Shown here piece after piece: positions 50,195-64,000 of a stretch of DNA of 64,000 nt; position 1 is the stretch's first letter, and every line of letters starts with the position of its first letter. The DNA lies in NCBI GenBank assembly GCA_964016885.1, contig OZ024741.1:368404001-368468000 (forward strand), in the 5' to 3' direction. The translations under genes were made by a program, and so were the position numbers. The stretch is from Eledone cirrhosa (taxonomy: Eukaryota). The notes beneath the pieces were generated by a model. It saw nothing but the letters and a program-made list of their open reading frames with translations. It was not told where the DNA came from and did not search any database.

Positions 50195-52430
50195 ATCATC
50201 ATCAACGTTTAACGTCCGTATTCCACGCTTGCATGGGTATGGACGGGGGTAGTCCCACTTGAGGCAAGAGTGATTGTCTTGCTCGCATAGGACTGTCTGG
50301 CAGGTTTTCTACAGTTGGATGCCCTTCCTAACACCAACCACATTTACAGTGTGGGTCTGGGAGGTTTTTACTGTGTTGCCTACACGGCCACATTACAGCG
50401 TGGACTGTGTGGGTTTTTTTTGTCGTGACACCTACACGATCTCATTTGTTTCAGCCTGGATGGCGCGGCACCAACATAACTTTACATAGAACGGGGTGGT
50501 GGGGGTGGTGGGACGGGGGGGTGTTTTGATAGAGATGCCTACTGACTGTAGTAGGTTTTTACTTTGTATTTAGGTAAGGTGGGTCTTCTCTATTACTGAG
50601 TACCGCCAAAGGTCTCGGTCCAGTGACATTGTCTTGGAGAGGTGTAAGTGTGTGATGTCGGAGCTTATCAGCTCGTCCCAGGTTTTTCTAGGTCTGCCTA
50701 TTCCGTGACTACCATCTATCTTTATTGCCCTGCACTTTGTTATACAGCTATCGACTTTCATGCGCATCACGTGTCCATACCAACGTAACCTTCTCTCGAG
50801 TAAACAACATCTGATCCCTCTTATCTCTAATTTTTTCCTTAGTTCGTTTATGCTTTGCCGTTCACGTATATTACCGTTACACATCCAGCGGAGCATGCAA
50901 GCTTCGTTCCTCTCTAGTCTGCGTATATCCTCTGCACACAATGCCCAGGTCTCACTGCCATGCAGCATTGCTGTTCGTATGCTGGCATCGTACAACCTGC
51001 CTTTCATTTTTAGGGAGAACCCTTTAGCAGCTAATAGTGGTATAAGCTCTCTGAACTTTTTCCAACCAGTTCTGACTCTAGCTACAGTACTTTCAGAGCA
51101 CCCTCCCCCACTGCTGATTTTATCGCCCAGGTAACGGAAGCTGTCCACTATTTCTATAGAACCCTCTGCGCAATTGAAAGAGCTAGTATTTTGTGTGCAC
51201 TTGCTGCTACTTATTGCACCAGAACACCGGCCACATGTAAAATCTATGTTCTTAGTTAGCTTACCTGTGATCCCACTACATCTTTTATGCACCCATACTT
51301 TGCATTTAGGACATAAAATGGAGTTTCTACCTACGCCTTTCCTACACACCGAGCACGACCATTTCCCAGAAGGGATCGCCGCCTTGTTTTCTTTCCTACA
51401 AACTAGAACTTTGGTCTTAGCCAGGTTAATTTTAAGTCCTTTTGACTCTAGGCCGTGCTTCCATGTTTGGAATTTCTTCTCTAGCTCGGCCATTGATTCC
51501 GCTATGAGTGTCAGGTCGTCTGCGTATAGGAGTTCCCATGGGCAGCCTGTCTTGAACTCCTCTGTTATAGCCTGAAGGGGCAATAATAAATAGTAGGGGG
51601 CTGAGAACAGAGCCCTGATGGACGCCAACTTTTACGCTAAACTCTTCACTATATTCGTTGTTAATTCTAACCTTGCTGACTGTTTCTTTATACATGGCTT
51701 GTATAGCCCTCACAAGCCATTCATCAACGCCTAGTTTTCTAAGAGCCCACCAGATAATGGAGCGGGGGACTCTGTCGAAGGCTTTCTCCAAGTCGACAAA
51801 AGCTAAGTAGAGGGGTTTACCTTTAGCTAGGTACTTCTCCTGTAGTTGTCGTACTATGAAAAGAGCGTCTGTGGTACTTTTGCCTGACACAAACCCGAAC
51901 TGCATTTCATCTAGGTCAATTCTCTCTCTGATTAGTTGCGCTATTACTTTTTCCGTGACCTTCATGACCTGGTCGATTAATTTAATGCCTCTATAGTTAC
52001 TCCTATCTAGGGCGTCTCCTTTACCCTTATAACAGTTAACGATGATGCTGCTATGCCAGTCCTTCGGAACAACCCCATTCTGTACGACTTGGTTAACTAT
52101 GCGGGTGACCATGGTGTGTCCCACCGTGCCAGATGCCTTCAGCATCTCAGCAACTATTTCCGAAGGCCCAGCCGCCTTACCCGTCTTCATATCCTTGATT
52201 GCCTTACTTATTATACTCCCCTCGACTAACACTGCTGGTCCCTCTATTGGGTCGATATGGGGGAGACTGTCTTTCTCCCATTTATTCTCCTCATTTAGTA
52301 GCCTTTCATAGTGACACTTCCAAGCTACCTTCTTATCAGCGTCGGTGATGGCAAGTGTGCCATCTTTGTTTAGTACACACTTCTCCCCGACAATATCACG
52401 GTTTTCCTTGACGCATTGCCTAGCAATCCT
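50195..52430 (-). mobile_element. RTE A1, 5'-truncated, one frameshift near 51577
   Basis: ORFs 51432..52430 and 50570..51628 overlap in different frames; PHD finger intact. Confidence 0.95.
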
Positions 52431-52948
52431 ATATATATATATATAGATATATATATATATATATGATATATATATATATATATAGATATATATATATATA
52501 TATGATATATATATATATGATATATAAATATATATATAGATATATATATATATATATGATATATATATATATATATATATATATGATATATATATGATAT
52601 ATATATATGATATATATATATATATATATATATGATATATATATATATATATATGATATATATATATATATATATGATATATATATATATATATATATAT
52701 GATATATATATATATATATATGATATATATATATATATATATATATGATATATATATGTATATATGATATATATATGTATTCCGTTTATCTTTCACCGAA
52801 AGTGATTTTTGAATGCATCTCTTCTTTTCATGATATCCGGATTACATTGTGTTCTTCATACGGATTGGACACTACCGTAAACTTTTGGTAGATTTATCTA
52901 CATATATATATATATATATATATGATATATATATATATATTATATATA

Positions 52949-52989
<41 letters not shown>

Positions 52990-53673
52990 ATATATATATT
53001 ATATATATATATGATATATATATATATATGATATATATATTATATATTATATATATATGATATATATATATATATATATATGATATATATATATATATAT
53101 ATATATATGATATATATATATATATGATATATATATTATATATTATATATATATGATATATATATATATATATATGATATATATATATATATATATATGA
53201 TATATATATATATATGATATATATATATATATGATATATATATATATATATGATATATATATTATATATTATATATATATGATATATATATATATATATA
53301 TATGATATATATATATATATGATATATATATTATATATGATATATATATTATATATGATATATATATTATATATGATATATATATTATATATGATATATA
53401 TATATATATCATATATATATATATATGATATATATATATATATATGATATATATATATATATATGATTTATATATGATATATATATATTATATATGATAT
53501 ATATATATTATATATGATATATATATTTTATATATGATATATATATATTATATATGATATATATATATTACATATGATATATATATATTATATATGATAT
53601 ATATATGATATATATATTATATATGATATATATATTATATATGATATATATATATTATATATGATATATATAT

Positions 53674-53903
53674 GCCGCTGAGAAAGTCTGAAGTATCCTT
53701 ATTTGTCCTCCCGGCGTGGATTCCAAGAAGAACTCCGTGTCTCTTTCACAAAGTTGGAGGTTCAAAATTATTCATAATCAATTATTCTGAAAATAAATAA
53801 TGGAAATATAGTCACTGTTTTTATGAAGATAAGAGACGGAAGTTAAAAATATTTGCATAAAATTAGCAGTTTAAAATTGTGAACAAATATCGTTCGCACC
53901 CTG
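53674..53903 (-). mobile_element. 5' end of a second maT-like transposon, truncated by the TA array
   Basis: TA-CAGGGTGCG TIR start; MNNFEPPTL*KRHGVLLGIHAGRTNKDTSDFL resembles the 36121-36312 N-terminus. Confidence 0.65.
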
Positions 53904-53943
53904 TATATATATATGATATATATCATATATATGTGATATATAT

Positions 53944-53978
<35 letters not shown>

Positions 53979-54414
53979 ATGATATATATGATACATATCA
54001 TATATATATATATATATATGATTTATACATTGACATGTCGATAACACAACTGAAATGTCTTGTTGACTCTTTGTTTGGCAAGTTTTCTATGGTTGGATGT
54101 CCTTCCTACTACCAACCTCCTTACAGAGTATAAAAAATCATAGAATGGTATTATATGACATTATATAATTACCTTATGTATCTATGTATAAGTTGTACCA
54201 GCTTGTGTAGAGTTAGATCAGTCACATGGTTTTTTATATTATATTTTATTGGAATAGGTGCAGCTTATACATGAGTATATACAGTATCTCTTCCCAAAAT
54301 TCTAAAATATCAGATAAAGTTTGTAAAGCTTCACTTTGACATCTTAAATTTTTAAATTGATAAATATTTTTTTGCATATAATTTAAATGAGACAGCTGAT
54401 ATCATATTGATTTC

Positions 54415-55520
54415 ATCATCATTTTTACTTCCGTTTCGATGCTTGCATGGGCTGGACAGGTCCTTCTCGGTACAGCATCTCTCCATTTGTCTTAGCGATT
54501 TGAGGTCAGCTCTCCCAACTTCTGCCCAGGTCTTTCATGGATGTCCTCTGCTACAACTTCTACTGGGATATCCTGACATTTCTTCACACATTTGTCATGC
54601 CCATACCAACGCAGTCTTCTCTCCTGCACACCATCTCAGATTCTTTTTAACCCTTTAGCATTCACATTACTCTATATATACTATTGTATGTTTGCGGTAA
54701 AGGCTTTATCTTACATAATATTGAATCTATGAGATTTTGATATTATTTATTTTGAGAACAATACTTAATATAAGTATGAGTGGCTGGTTACAGCTGGTTT
54801 GAACAGAAAGAATTCTGGCCGGATATGGCTGATTTAAATGCTAAAGGGTTAAATCCAACTTTTCCCTCAACTTGTCCAAGCTCTGTCTTTCTCTCCCATT
54901 TACATTGCACATCCAACGAAGCATAGTTGCTTCATTTCTCTCCAGTCTACGCATGTCCTCTGCAGTCACAGCGTATATTTCACTACCATGCAGCATTGCG
55001 CACTACACACAGGCATCATACAGTCTTCCTTTTGTTGTCAACAGTAGTAGTTCTCTAAACCTCTTCCATCCTATCCTTATTCTAGCTTTTATACTCTCAG
55101 CACACCCGCCTTCACTGCTAATTAGGTCACCTAGATAGCAGAAGCTATCAACCACATCTATGGATCCTTCCTGGGACTGGAAAAGGTTTATATTATTGGC
55201 ACTCTTCCTCTCAATTTCTCCTGTGCATCTTCTACATGCAAAGTTCTCCTTTCCTGTTAGTTTACTTATCCCACTACATCTTTTGTGTGCCCAAGGTTTA
55301 CATTGTGTACATTGTATGGGGTTTGTCTACTTTTTTTCTACATAGAGCATGGCCACTTCCCTGGGGGAATCTGGGTCCTATCTTCTCCCCTACTCAATAG
55401 TACTTTAGTTTTGACTAAGTCTACTCTCAAACCATTTCAAATTCTGTTTCCATAATCGGAATTTATTTTCTAGTTATTTTTTGGTTTCAGCTATAAGGAC
55501 CAAATAATCTGCATAGAGAA
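54415..55520 (-). mobile_element. Old RTE A-type fragment interrupted by a TTAA MITE (54651-54848)
   Basis: Degenerate PHD and C-terminal homology; MITE TTAA|CCCTTTAGC...GCTAAAGGG|TTAA. Confidence 0.82.
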
Positions 55521-56980
55521 TTTTGCTCCTTCTACCATTTTTAAAATACAAGAAAAGAACTGGACCTAAAACACTTCTTTGAGGGACACCATTTTTGACT
55601 AGAAGAATTAAACAGGAACTGTTTTCAGTATAAACAAATTGAGTTTTATTAGATAAATAATCTTGGATGCAGATATGGCTAAATGGTTAAGACGTTTACT
55701 TTACAATCATGAGGTCTTGGGTTTGATCTCGCTTTGTAGCTAGTGTCTTTACTATAGCCTCAAGTTGACTGAAGCTTTGTTAATGAAATTGGGTAGATGA
55801 AAACTGTGTGGAAGTCCATCAGATGCATTGTACCAGTAAAATTTAGCTTTGTAACATATTGAGTTACACTGAATCTGCTTAAAACTTACATTAAAGGTAC
55901 ACTTATCTATGGAATACTCAACCATTTATATCTTAATTCATGAGTCAGATATACAGTTGATTGAATGCTAATTGTTGAAACCAACAGAGGATCCATCAAT
56001 CTTTGACATATTCTATTTTGTGTATGTTAAAATCATAAGATTGTATTATTTGTATAATCAATATTGAGAATATCTATAGTGTTTTTCTAGTCTACCATTA
56101 TTGTCCAAGTGTCTGAACAAAAGAGTAGTTGAGTAATTGTAGAATGACTTGGTAGAAAGCCATGTTGATTAATTGATAAAGTTATATAACCCTCTTGATA
56201 CTGAACAATCTAAAACTGCTCTTGATTCCATGATACAAAACTGTTTATTTTAAAGTGTTTATATTTATTTAAAACCGTTCTCTGATGATTTTATATAAGA
56301 ACGTTTAAATTATGTTCCAAAGAGCTCAAATGTGGCTAGGCTGTTGGGTAAGATGAAATCCAGCCCGAGATGTTAAAAGCCTTAAATAGAGAAGGTATTC
56401 TCTGGCTGACTTGGGTGGCCTGGATCTTTGGAAAGGCATCTAAGCAATGGTAATTGGGAGTGATAATCCCAAAAGGGAGACAACAGAGATTGAAAAGTTA
56501 GTCAGCTCTTTGTCAAACTAATGCAGAATCAGTGATCTGCCAGTATTTTACATCTTAATTGGAGAGTCTACTTACTAAGGAAAATTGTCTAGGATGGAAA
56601 CAAAAATAAAGAAACTTCTGATTAGTCTGTCATCATCACCATATATCTGAGTTTTTTAATGCTTGGCTTGGATTGTTCTAGCTGAGCTTCATGCTACTTG
56701 TCACACACACACACTGTCTTTCACCATCTCTTTTATGATTCTTAAGTCAAGTTTCACTTTATTTCATTTCTTCTTTCCACTCAGTGATTGTCTACTGGGT
56801 TTTCACTCATTAGATTGTTGCCATGCTTCTGGACTAACTTGAAAGGATTAAATCTACTATATCAATCCCAGTATTTAAATTTTCAAATTTGGTACTTGTT
56901 GAACTATTTAAGTTACAGGATATAAACAAACACCAAACACACACATACATATATATATGTGTGTGTATATATATATATAC

Positions 56981-59900
56981 GCTCGGTGTTAGGAAGGGCA
57001 TCCAACCAGTGTATCAATGCCAAAACGCTTATCAGCGCAGCAACAAATAGATAGGAACAACAACAAAATATGAAGACGTCGCATCTCAGAGTTGCAACAC
57101 TTAATGTTGGCATTCTCAGAGGTAGATCTGCTGAAATAGCGGAGATGCTGGAGAGAAGGCATGTGGATGTGTGCTGCATGCAAGAGGTGAGATGGAGAGG
57201 TGCCTCTGCGAGACTAGTCGTAGGCAAACATCTCAGCTATAAGCTTTTCTGGGTAGGTAAGGATGATGGGTTAGGGGGAGTAGGCATTTTCCTGGCTGAG
57301 AGATGGATCAATAAGACAATAGAAGTAGTTCGAGTTGGTAATCGAATAATTAAGCTTAGATTAGTTGTAGGCAGGAGACTACTGACAATCATCTCTGCCT
57401 ATGTTCCCCAAGCAGGCCTAGGCAAAGATGAGAAAGACTGCTTTTACGAGCAACTTTTACAAACAACCGCAGTGACAGAAGATGGAGACATCGTTATGTT
57501 AGCAGGGGACTTCAATGGTCATGTTGGACAGCTCCAGGATGGTTACACTGGGGTACATGGTGGGCACGGTTACGGCTCAAGAAATGAAGGAGTGAGTCTT
57601 CTTGAATTTTGTGATGCAAGTACACTGACTATTTGCAACACTAACTTCCAGAAACCTGCCAACCACCTAATAACCTACAAATCTGGCGAGCACATCAGCC
57701 AGATTGACTTCTTACAAGTTACACAGCAGGACAGGCAGATAGTGTCTAATACCAAGGCATACCCTGGGGAAGAATGTACCCCACAGCATAGGTTAGTTTT
57801 TAGTGATATCTCAGTAAGCAAGAGATGGAATGAGACATACAGGAAGGTGTGGAGAAGAAAGCTAAAAGACCTTTCACTAAAATACAAATTTAGGAAAGCC
57901 CTTCAAGATGTGTATGATGAAAAAGAAGACGATTTAGAGACGTATGACATAGATAATAACTGGAATTTCTTACGTGACAACTTACTGCAGGCTACTGATG
58001 AAACTTGTGGCTGGAGCAGAGCTCCAACCAGACAAAGAGTGACCTGGTGGTGGAACAGCACAGTAGATAAGGCCATTAGATACAAAAGACTAGCATGGAA
58101 GGCTTGGAAAAAGGGTGGGAGTAGGGAAGGATATACAGTCGCTAAGAGAGAAGCTAGACGTCAGGTGTACTTAGCACGCAGAGAGGTTGAGAGTAGGAGG
58201 TTTGCCAATGTTCTGCGACGGGAAGATCAGAGGCGTGCGGTGTTCCACATTGCAAGGCAGTCTGTCAATGCAAATCAGGATGTTGTTGGAGATAAATGTG
58301 TCCGGAATGATGCTGGTGTACTTAGTGTCACGAATGATCAGAAAAAGGAGGCCTGGAAATGTCATTATGAGAGACTGATGAATGGGAGAGAGAGAAATTA
58401 CCCTCAGTAGATCCGACAGAGGGACCAGCTATTGAGATTGACGAATATAGGGTCCAAGAGGCGATTAAGGAAATGAAAAATGGTAAGGCTGCTGGACCAT
58501 CGAGGATAGTTGCTGAGATGCTGAAGGCATCAGGGGACGTAGGCACTAAACTGGTTGCACGCATCATCAATCAGGCTAAATATGGTGGTGTCATACCCAA
58601 AGACTGGTGCAGCAGTATTCTCATAAATTGCTACAAAGGTAAAGGGGATGCTCTGGAGAGGAGCAATTATAGGGGTATAAAACTGATGGAGCAGGTTATG
58701 AAAGTGGCAGAAAGGATATTAGCACAACTAATTAGAGAAATGGTCAAACTAGATCAGATGCAGTTTGGTTTTGTGCCTGGGAAGAGTACAACAGATGCTC
58801 TCTTCTTGGTGAGGCAATTACAATAGAGGTTCTTAGAAAAAAATAAGCCACTATACTTAGCCTTTTTTGACTTAGAGAAGGCCTTTGATAGGGTACCCCG
58901 ATCTGTTATCTGGTGGTCCCTAAGGAAACTAGGTGTTGAGGAATGGCTTGTGAGGACAGTGCAAACTTTGTCAGTAAAGTCAGGGTAGGAATGGAGTTTA
59001 GTGAGGAATTCCAGATAAAAGTAGGTGTACATCAGGGTTCGGTCCTCAGCCCGCTCTTGTTCATTATAGTCCTCCAAGCCATAACAGAGGAGTTTAAGAC
59101 TGGCTGTCCATGGGAATTTCTCTATGCTGACGATCTGGTTCTTATAGCAGAATCGGTAGAGGAGCTACAGAATAAATTCTGGCTATGGAAACAGCAGTTG
59201 GAAGCAAGAGGACTGAGAGTGAACCTAGCCAAGACGAAAGTGTTGATGAGTAGAAAAGAGGACAAAACTCTGATTCCGTCAAGGAAATGGCCATGTTCGA
59301 TATGCAGAAAAGGAACTGGCATAAATTCTATAAGATGCACACAATGCAGATCCTGGGTACACAAGAGATGTAGCGGGATAGCAGGCAAACTAACAGGTAG
59401 GGGAAAAATACGTATGCAGTAGATGTACAGGGAAATTAGACAGTAGAAGTTGCATTGATAGACACATTTTTCAAATGCAGGCAGGTACTATAGAAGTGGT
59501 GGATAGCTTCCGGTACCTAGGAGATCAGATTAGCATGGGAGGGGGTGTTCCGAGGTCATAGTATCTAGATTAAGGGCGGGTTGGAAGAAGTTTAGGGAGC
59601 TGCTTTCTCTGCTGACGAAGAAGGGTTTCTCCCTGCGTACGAAAGGCAGGTTATATGATGCCTGTGTGAAGAGTGCGATGCTGCATGGTAGTGAGACATG
59701 GACAGCAACTGCAGAGGATATGCGATGGCTGAGGCAAGCATGAATGTGTTGAGAGAGAAACTGTGTCTGAGAGGGATAGAATGTAGTGTGCGAGAGAGGA
59801 GACTGAGGTGGTATGGACATGTGATGCGCATGGAGGATGACCGATGGGCGGAGGTGGTGAGAACAGACCTCAGATCGCTGAAGCTCACGGTGGAGATGAC

Positions 59901-59987
59901 GAAGGACCGTGACAAGTGGAAAGATGCTGTGCTGAATAAGACCCGTCCCACCCTTGCAAGCAGGGAAGAGCGGACGTAAAATGATGA

Positions 59988-59991
<4 letters not shown>
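56981..59991 (+). mobile_element. Near full-length RTE A2 (APE-RT-PHD), decayed, TA-flanked
   Basis: ORF begins MKTSHLRVATLNV at 57070; APE, RT and PHD motifs with frameshifts and deletions; (GAT)n tail. Confidence 0.95.
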
Positions 59992-60024
<33 letters not shown>

Positions 60025-61023
60025 CTCTCACACAGCTTCTGCCGACTAAATTTTATTCCCAATACGTTGGTCCACTTGAGGCTATAGTAGGTGCCTTGCA
60101 ATAGAACTGAAATTGAAGCCATTCCTGCACCTAGATATATTTTTGTTCCTGTTATTTTTTATTCTTTCTTACTCCTGCTTAGCTTTCAAATTATCTCTCT
60201 CATTCTGTCTTCTGATGAAGGATTAATGTCCAAAATGTTGAATAATGACAAGGAGTTGATAGAGGAGGGAGAATATGATTTGCATGTGAAGTGGGAAGCA
60301 TAATGATAGGAGGTGGAATGACATTTGCCTGTAGGGTGATGAATGGGAAGCAACATGAACAACATTGACAAGCTACTAATAGAAATGTATTATGGTAGGG
60401 GTGTGTAAATGACTGGTAGCACAGAGAAGAGAAAGTGATAGATGCCAACATGCAAAATTGCTCTTATCTTTGCATTCAACATCACAGGTGGTATGTTTGT
60501 TTATTTCTAGCATGAACAGAGATCTCTCTTCTCAGCAGTAAGACATGTGAAGATCCATACCTTACATAAAAGAAAAAAGTGAAGGTTGGCATCAGGAAGG
60601 GCATCTGACTCTAGAATTCTACCTCAAAAGATCTTGTCTAACCACATGGCCTAGTGTTTAGGGTAGGGTGTTGGACTCACGATCATAAGGTGTTGGGTTT
60701 TATTCCTGAATTGGATGGTGCATTATATTCTTGAGCAACATATTTCATTTCATATTGTTTTTTCATAATATGACTATCATTAAAATACCCAAGAGCCATC
60801 TCTGAGATGCAAGTTCATAAGAAGCCAGCTGAACCCTACATAGGTGAAAGCTGAAAATTTAATTTTATAGTTTTGTTTTATGTGCTAGTATTGAAAAATG
60901 GATGTCAAAACTGATAATGACAATAATACAATTACATTACATCTTTTGATAAGAAAACATGAAACAGTTTTACTTATTCTGTTTGTAAAACATTGGGGTC
61001 ATGTTCTAGTTTATAAATATAAT

Positions 61024-61240
61024 TGTTTCTACGTTAGGCACAAGGCCAGCAAATTACCCAGTGTATTACTGGTACTTTATTTTATCGACCCCGTAAGGAT
61101 GAAAGGCAAAGTTAACCTCGGCGGGATTTGAACTCAGACTGTAAAGGGACGTAACTATGCTAGAAAACATGGCGTCCGACCCTCTACCGATACTGCCAAT
61201 CCACCGCCAATCCACTGCCAATCCACTGCCAATCCACCGC
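61024..61240 (-). mobile_element. SINE S1, 21-bp TSD, 5' end reiterated as 11-nt repeats
   Basis: TSD gttctagtttataaatataat at 61003-61023 and 61241-61261; (gccaatccacy)x4 at 61195-61238. Confidence 0.93.
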
Positions 61241-62694
61241 GTTCTAGTTTATAAATATAATGAAAAGCTAGAAGAATTCAACAATTCATGTTTCACTGGA
61301 TTGTTTTATAAGAATATAATATATTTGTTGTTCTGGCATCTATTTTGGTTTTATTTTTTTTTCATTTGTAACCAGTTTTTGAAACAATAGATTCTTAAAT
61401 AATCTATTTTCATTTTTTTAAAATATTATTACCAGTACATAACCCATTGTTTCACAGATGGAATAAGTAATTTTCAGTTTCTTCACCAAACTTTAACTAA
61501 AATGTGTTTGTACATTAGCCTGTCATATCAATCAATTAATTTCCTGCAACTGGTGCAGCAAGTCATTGGGCTGCCACTCTAGATGTTTGACTCTGTGTCC
61601 ATCATGGCATTTCAGGTTTCAGTGAGCCTTAGAAATGCTTGGTGGTACCCATCTCCTCTCCAATTCTGTTATATATATATACAAAGTGTCAACAAGTAAA
61701 ACAATTCTGCAATCATTGTTCTTTGAAATGAAAATACAGTTTTCAAGTTTTCAATCCTACAGACGGTACTGCTGGTCCATTTGGGGTTATAGTAGCAACA
61801 GCCAGAACTAGATAGTGTGAAAAGTACCAAGACAAAAGCCAAGTGAGGGGCGCCCTGTGTGTCGGGTAATATTGCAAAATCGGCAACACATAAAAAAAAA
61901 TCCATGGTCATCAATTGTTTCGACCCCTACTTCCTGCACTGCTTCTCCTTTCAGGTTCACAATGTGCAGCAAACAACCAAACACTGTCCTGGAGTATTTT
62001 GTAAGACAAAAACAAAACAGAACTCTGGTGAAATGACATCGTGTGTGTGTGTGTGTTCCAGTTCATGTTTACATTTGTGACCATATTTGGTTGTGTCCTG
62101 TAACTTAATATTTTGACAAAAGGGGTTTGATAAAATATATACCAGACTTTTAAAGTATAAGTACTGGATTGATATGATTGACTAAATTTCTTTAAAGCAG
62201 TACTCCAGCAAGGCTGAAGTCTAATGACTGAAACCAAGAAGAAAAAGCTTGACAGATAGACAACACCTTGACAGAGAATACTCATTTCTAGTATAACAAA
62301 AAAGAAAAACAAACAAAAAACTTTTGTCTTACATTTGTATTTCATGAATTCTACATAAAATTTTAGAATGTTTATGACTGCTGGTCACATTTGTGGGACA
62401 GGTGATTAAAAGGGTGTACAGTTATTATAGATTGACAGTGTTTAGCAGCTACTACAGAGCCAGTGAGTGTGTAAGGAAACTTATAATAGTTTTAGCTTAC
62501 TTTATGATCATCTGCTCTCATTAATTATGCTTTTAACATAAACTGAATTGGATTAAAAGACTCTGCATTTGTTCTGATTTACTGTACTCTATGTTCAAAT
62601 CTCACCAAGGTCAACTTTGCCTCCATCCTTTTGGAGTCAATAAAACAGCAATGCAGAGGCAGTGGATAAGTGAAATTGTTAAAGAGTCGGATGG

Positions 62695-62912
62695 TTAACT
62701 TTGTAGTATCTGGTCCAGTTCAAATTTTACCCCCATGTGCCAAGTATGGTGACTAGCAAACAGTAATAGTATCAACAATGGAAAGACCAAGGGTGACTTT
62801 GCAGTATCTGGTCCAGTTCTTAGTGCTCTGAGTTCAAATTTTACCTCCATGTTCTATGTATTGACTGGGAAATAGTAATAGTATCAACAATGGAAAGACC
62901 AATGGAAACTTT
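62695..62912 (+). repeat. Tandem ~100-120-bp duplication of SINE-derived sequence
   Basis: actttg.agtatctggtccagttc...agtaatagtatcaacaatggaaagaccaa occurs twice. Confidence 0.7.
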
Positions 62913-63554
62913 GTTTTCTTGGTTTGATCTGATTGGCTCTCTGCTTTTCCTTTATCTAATTCTAAAACATAGTATAGAATTCAAAAGGTTTGCAAAATGG
63001 AATAAATTACTTTGTTGTGAGAAAAAGATTAACATTTCACGCAGAGACTTCCTTTTCTCAACTACCATGAATGTCATCCAGTCATGAAGACCACATAATC
63101 TTTCATGTACGACACTATTGCAACTATACCTGCTAATAAAACAAGTTGTATTTTAAATGATTTTGAAAATAAGCAAACATTTGGATAAATCTAATAATAT
63201 AACATTAGGCAGCAAATTGGCAATTATTAGAATGTCGGAGAGAATACTTTGCGATATTTGTTCCATCTTTCTGTACTCTGGGTTCAAAACCTGCCTTTTA
63301 TCCTTTTGTGGTCAGTAAAAAAGAAAGTGCCAGTCTAGTACTGGGGTTGATTCTTCCTTTGTATCTCTTTCTAACTTCCCCTCTATCACTCTTTTTCTCT
63401 GGAATAAATCTACTTGTGTTCAGACCTGCAGAGGAGATGGACTCTGCCAGCTCTAAAAAATACCTATGTAACACCATATGTCACTATAGCACCCCTACAA
63501 CTCCAGCAAGAGTTGTGGGTAGAAAAAGAATATAACTTACTTTTTCATTATTAA

Positions 63555-63759
63555 CGCTTTAGCATTTAAACCAGCGATATCCAGCCAGAATTCTCTCACC
63601 TCTTTCTGTTCAAACCAGCTGTAACTGGCTGCTCATATCTATGTTAAGGTATTGTTCTCAAAATAAATATCAAAATTTCATAGATTTGATGTTATGTGAG
63701 ATAAAGCCTTTATTGTGAAAATATAATAGTATATATAGAGTAATGCAAATGCTAAAGGG
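63555..63759 (+). mobile_element. piggyBac-type MITE with TTAA TSD
   Basis: TTAA|CGCTTTAGC...GCTAAAGGG|TTAA; body matches 32319-32518. Confidence 0.85.
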
Positions 63760-64000
63760 TTAAGCTGATATTGAATGCAAAATTCTTTTGCTATTGCATT
63801 CACTTCACAGTTTTTATTTTCCTATTTAATCGTCTACTTTGTTAACTTGTATTCACAATCAAGTTAGATGCTGCTTTGTCTGTCATCTTGCCACGACAAA
63901 AAACACCCAGTCCACCTTGAAAGGGGGTCATACTGGCACCATGACGAAAAGGTACCCAGTCCATCCTATGGGGTGGTATTGCTGGTGCCACAAAAAAAAA

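Noticed and set aside
61955-62000. Possible 45-nt exon (VHNVQQTTKHCPGVF) with AG/GT boundaries
   Set aside because: No recognisable homology or supporting neighbouring exons; such splice-like pairs arise by chance.

Overview
AT-rich, repeat-dominated eukaryotic DNA. The repeat repertoire suggests a coleoid cephalopod (octopus-like); that assignment is inference. One host gene can be reconstructed: a six-exon EFCAB11 orthologue on the minus strand (26049->16117, 525 nt, 174 aa). It has an RFX X-box just inside intron 1, and there is a possible divergent gene start near 37.5 kb. The rest is mobile DNA. Two nests (about 0-14.8 kb and 40.2-53.7 kb) consist of strand-polarised (TA)n arrays into which Penelope-like elements (PLEs) and several RTE LINE families have inserted. 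Elsewhere are a Tx1/L1 LINE with a 22-bp TSD inserted at the tail of an older Tx1, a decayed Helitron, a DD37D (maT) transposon, TTAA piggyBac-type MITEs, CR1 tails and a young tRNA-derived SINE family with clean TSDs. The most notable signals are four. First, hammerhead ribozymes occur in the PLE repeats, and a ~320-bp non-coding fold-back at 29.94-30.26 kb carries two complete, divergently oriented hammerheads; two similarly built fold-backs lie at 20.7 and 21.3 kb. Second, a C-rich PLE 3' UTR holds a cluster of paired ACUAAC (STAR/Quaking-type) motifs. Third, there is sequence evidence for (TA)n- and (ATAG)n-directed retrotransposon integration. Fourth, SINE 5' junctions record template switching and slippage. 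All calls were made by eye; no database searches or folding programs were run.
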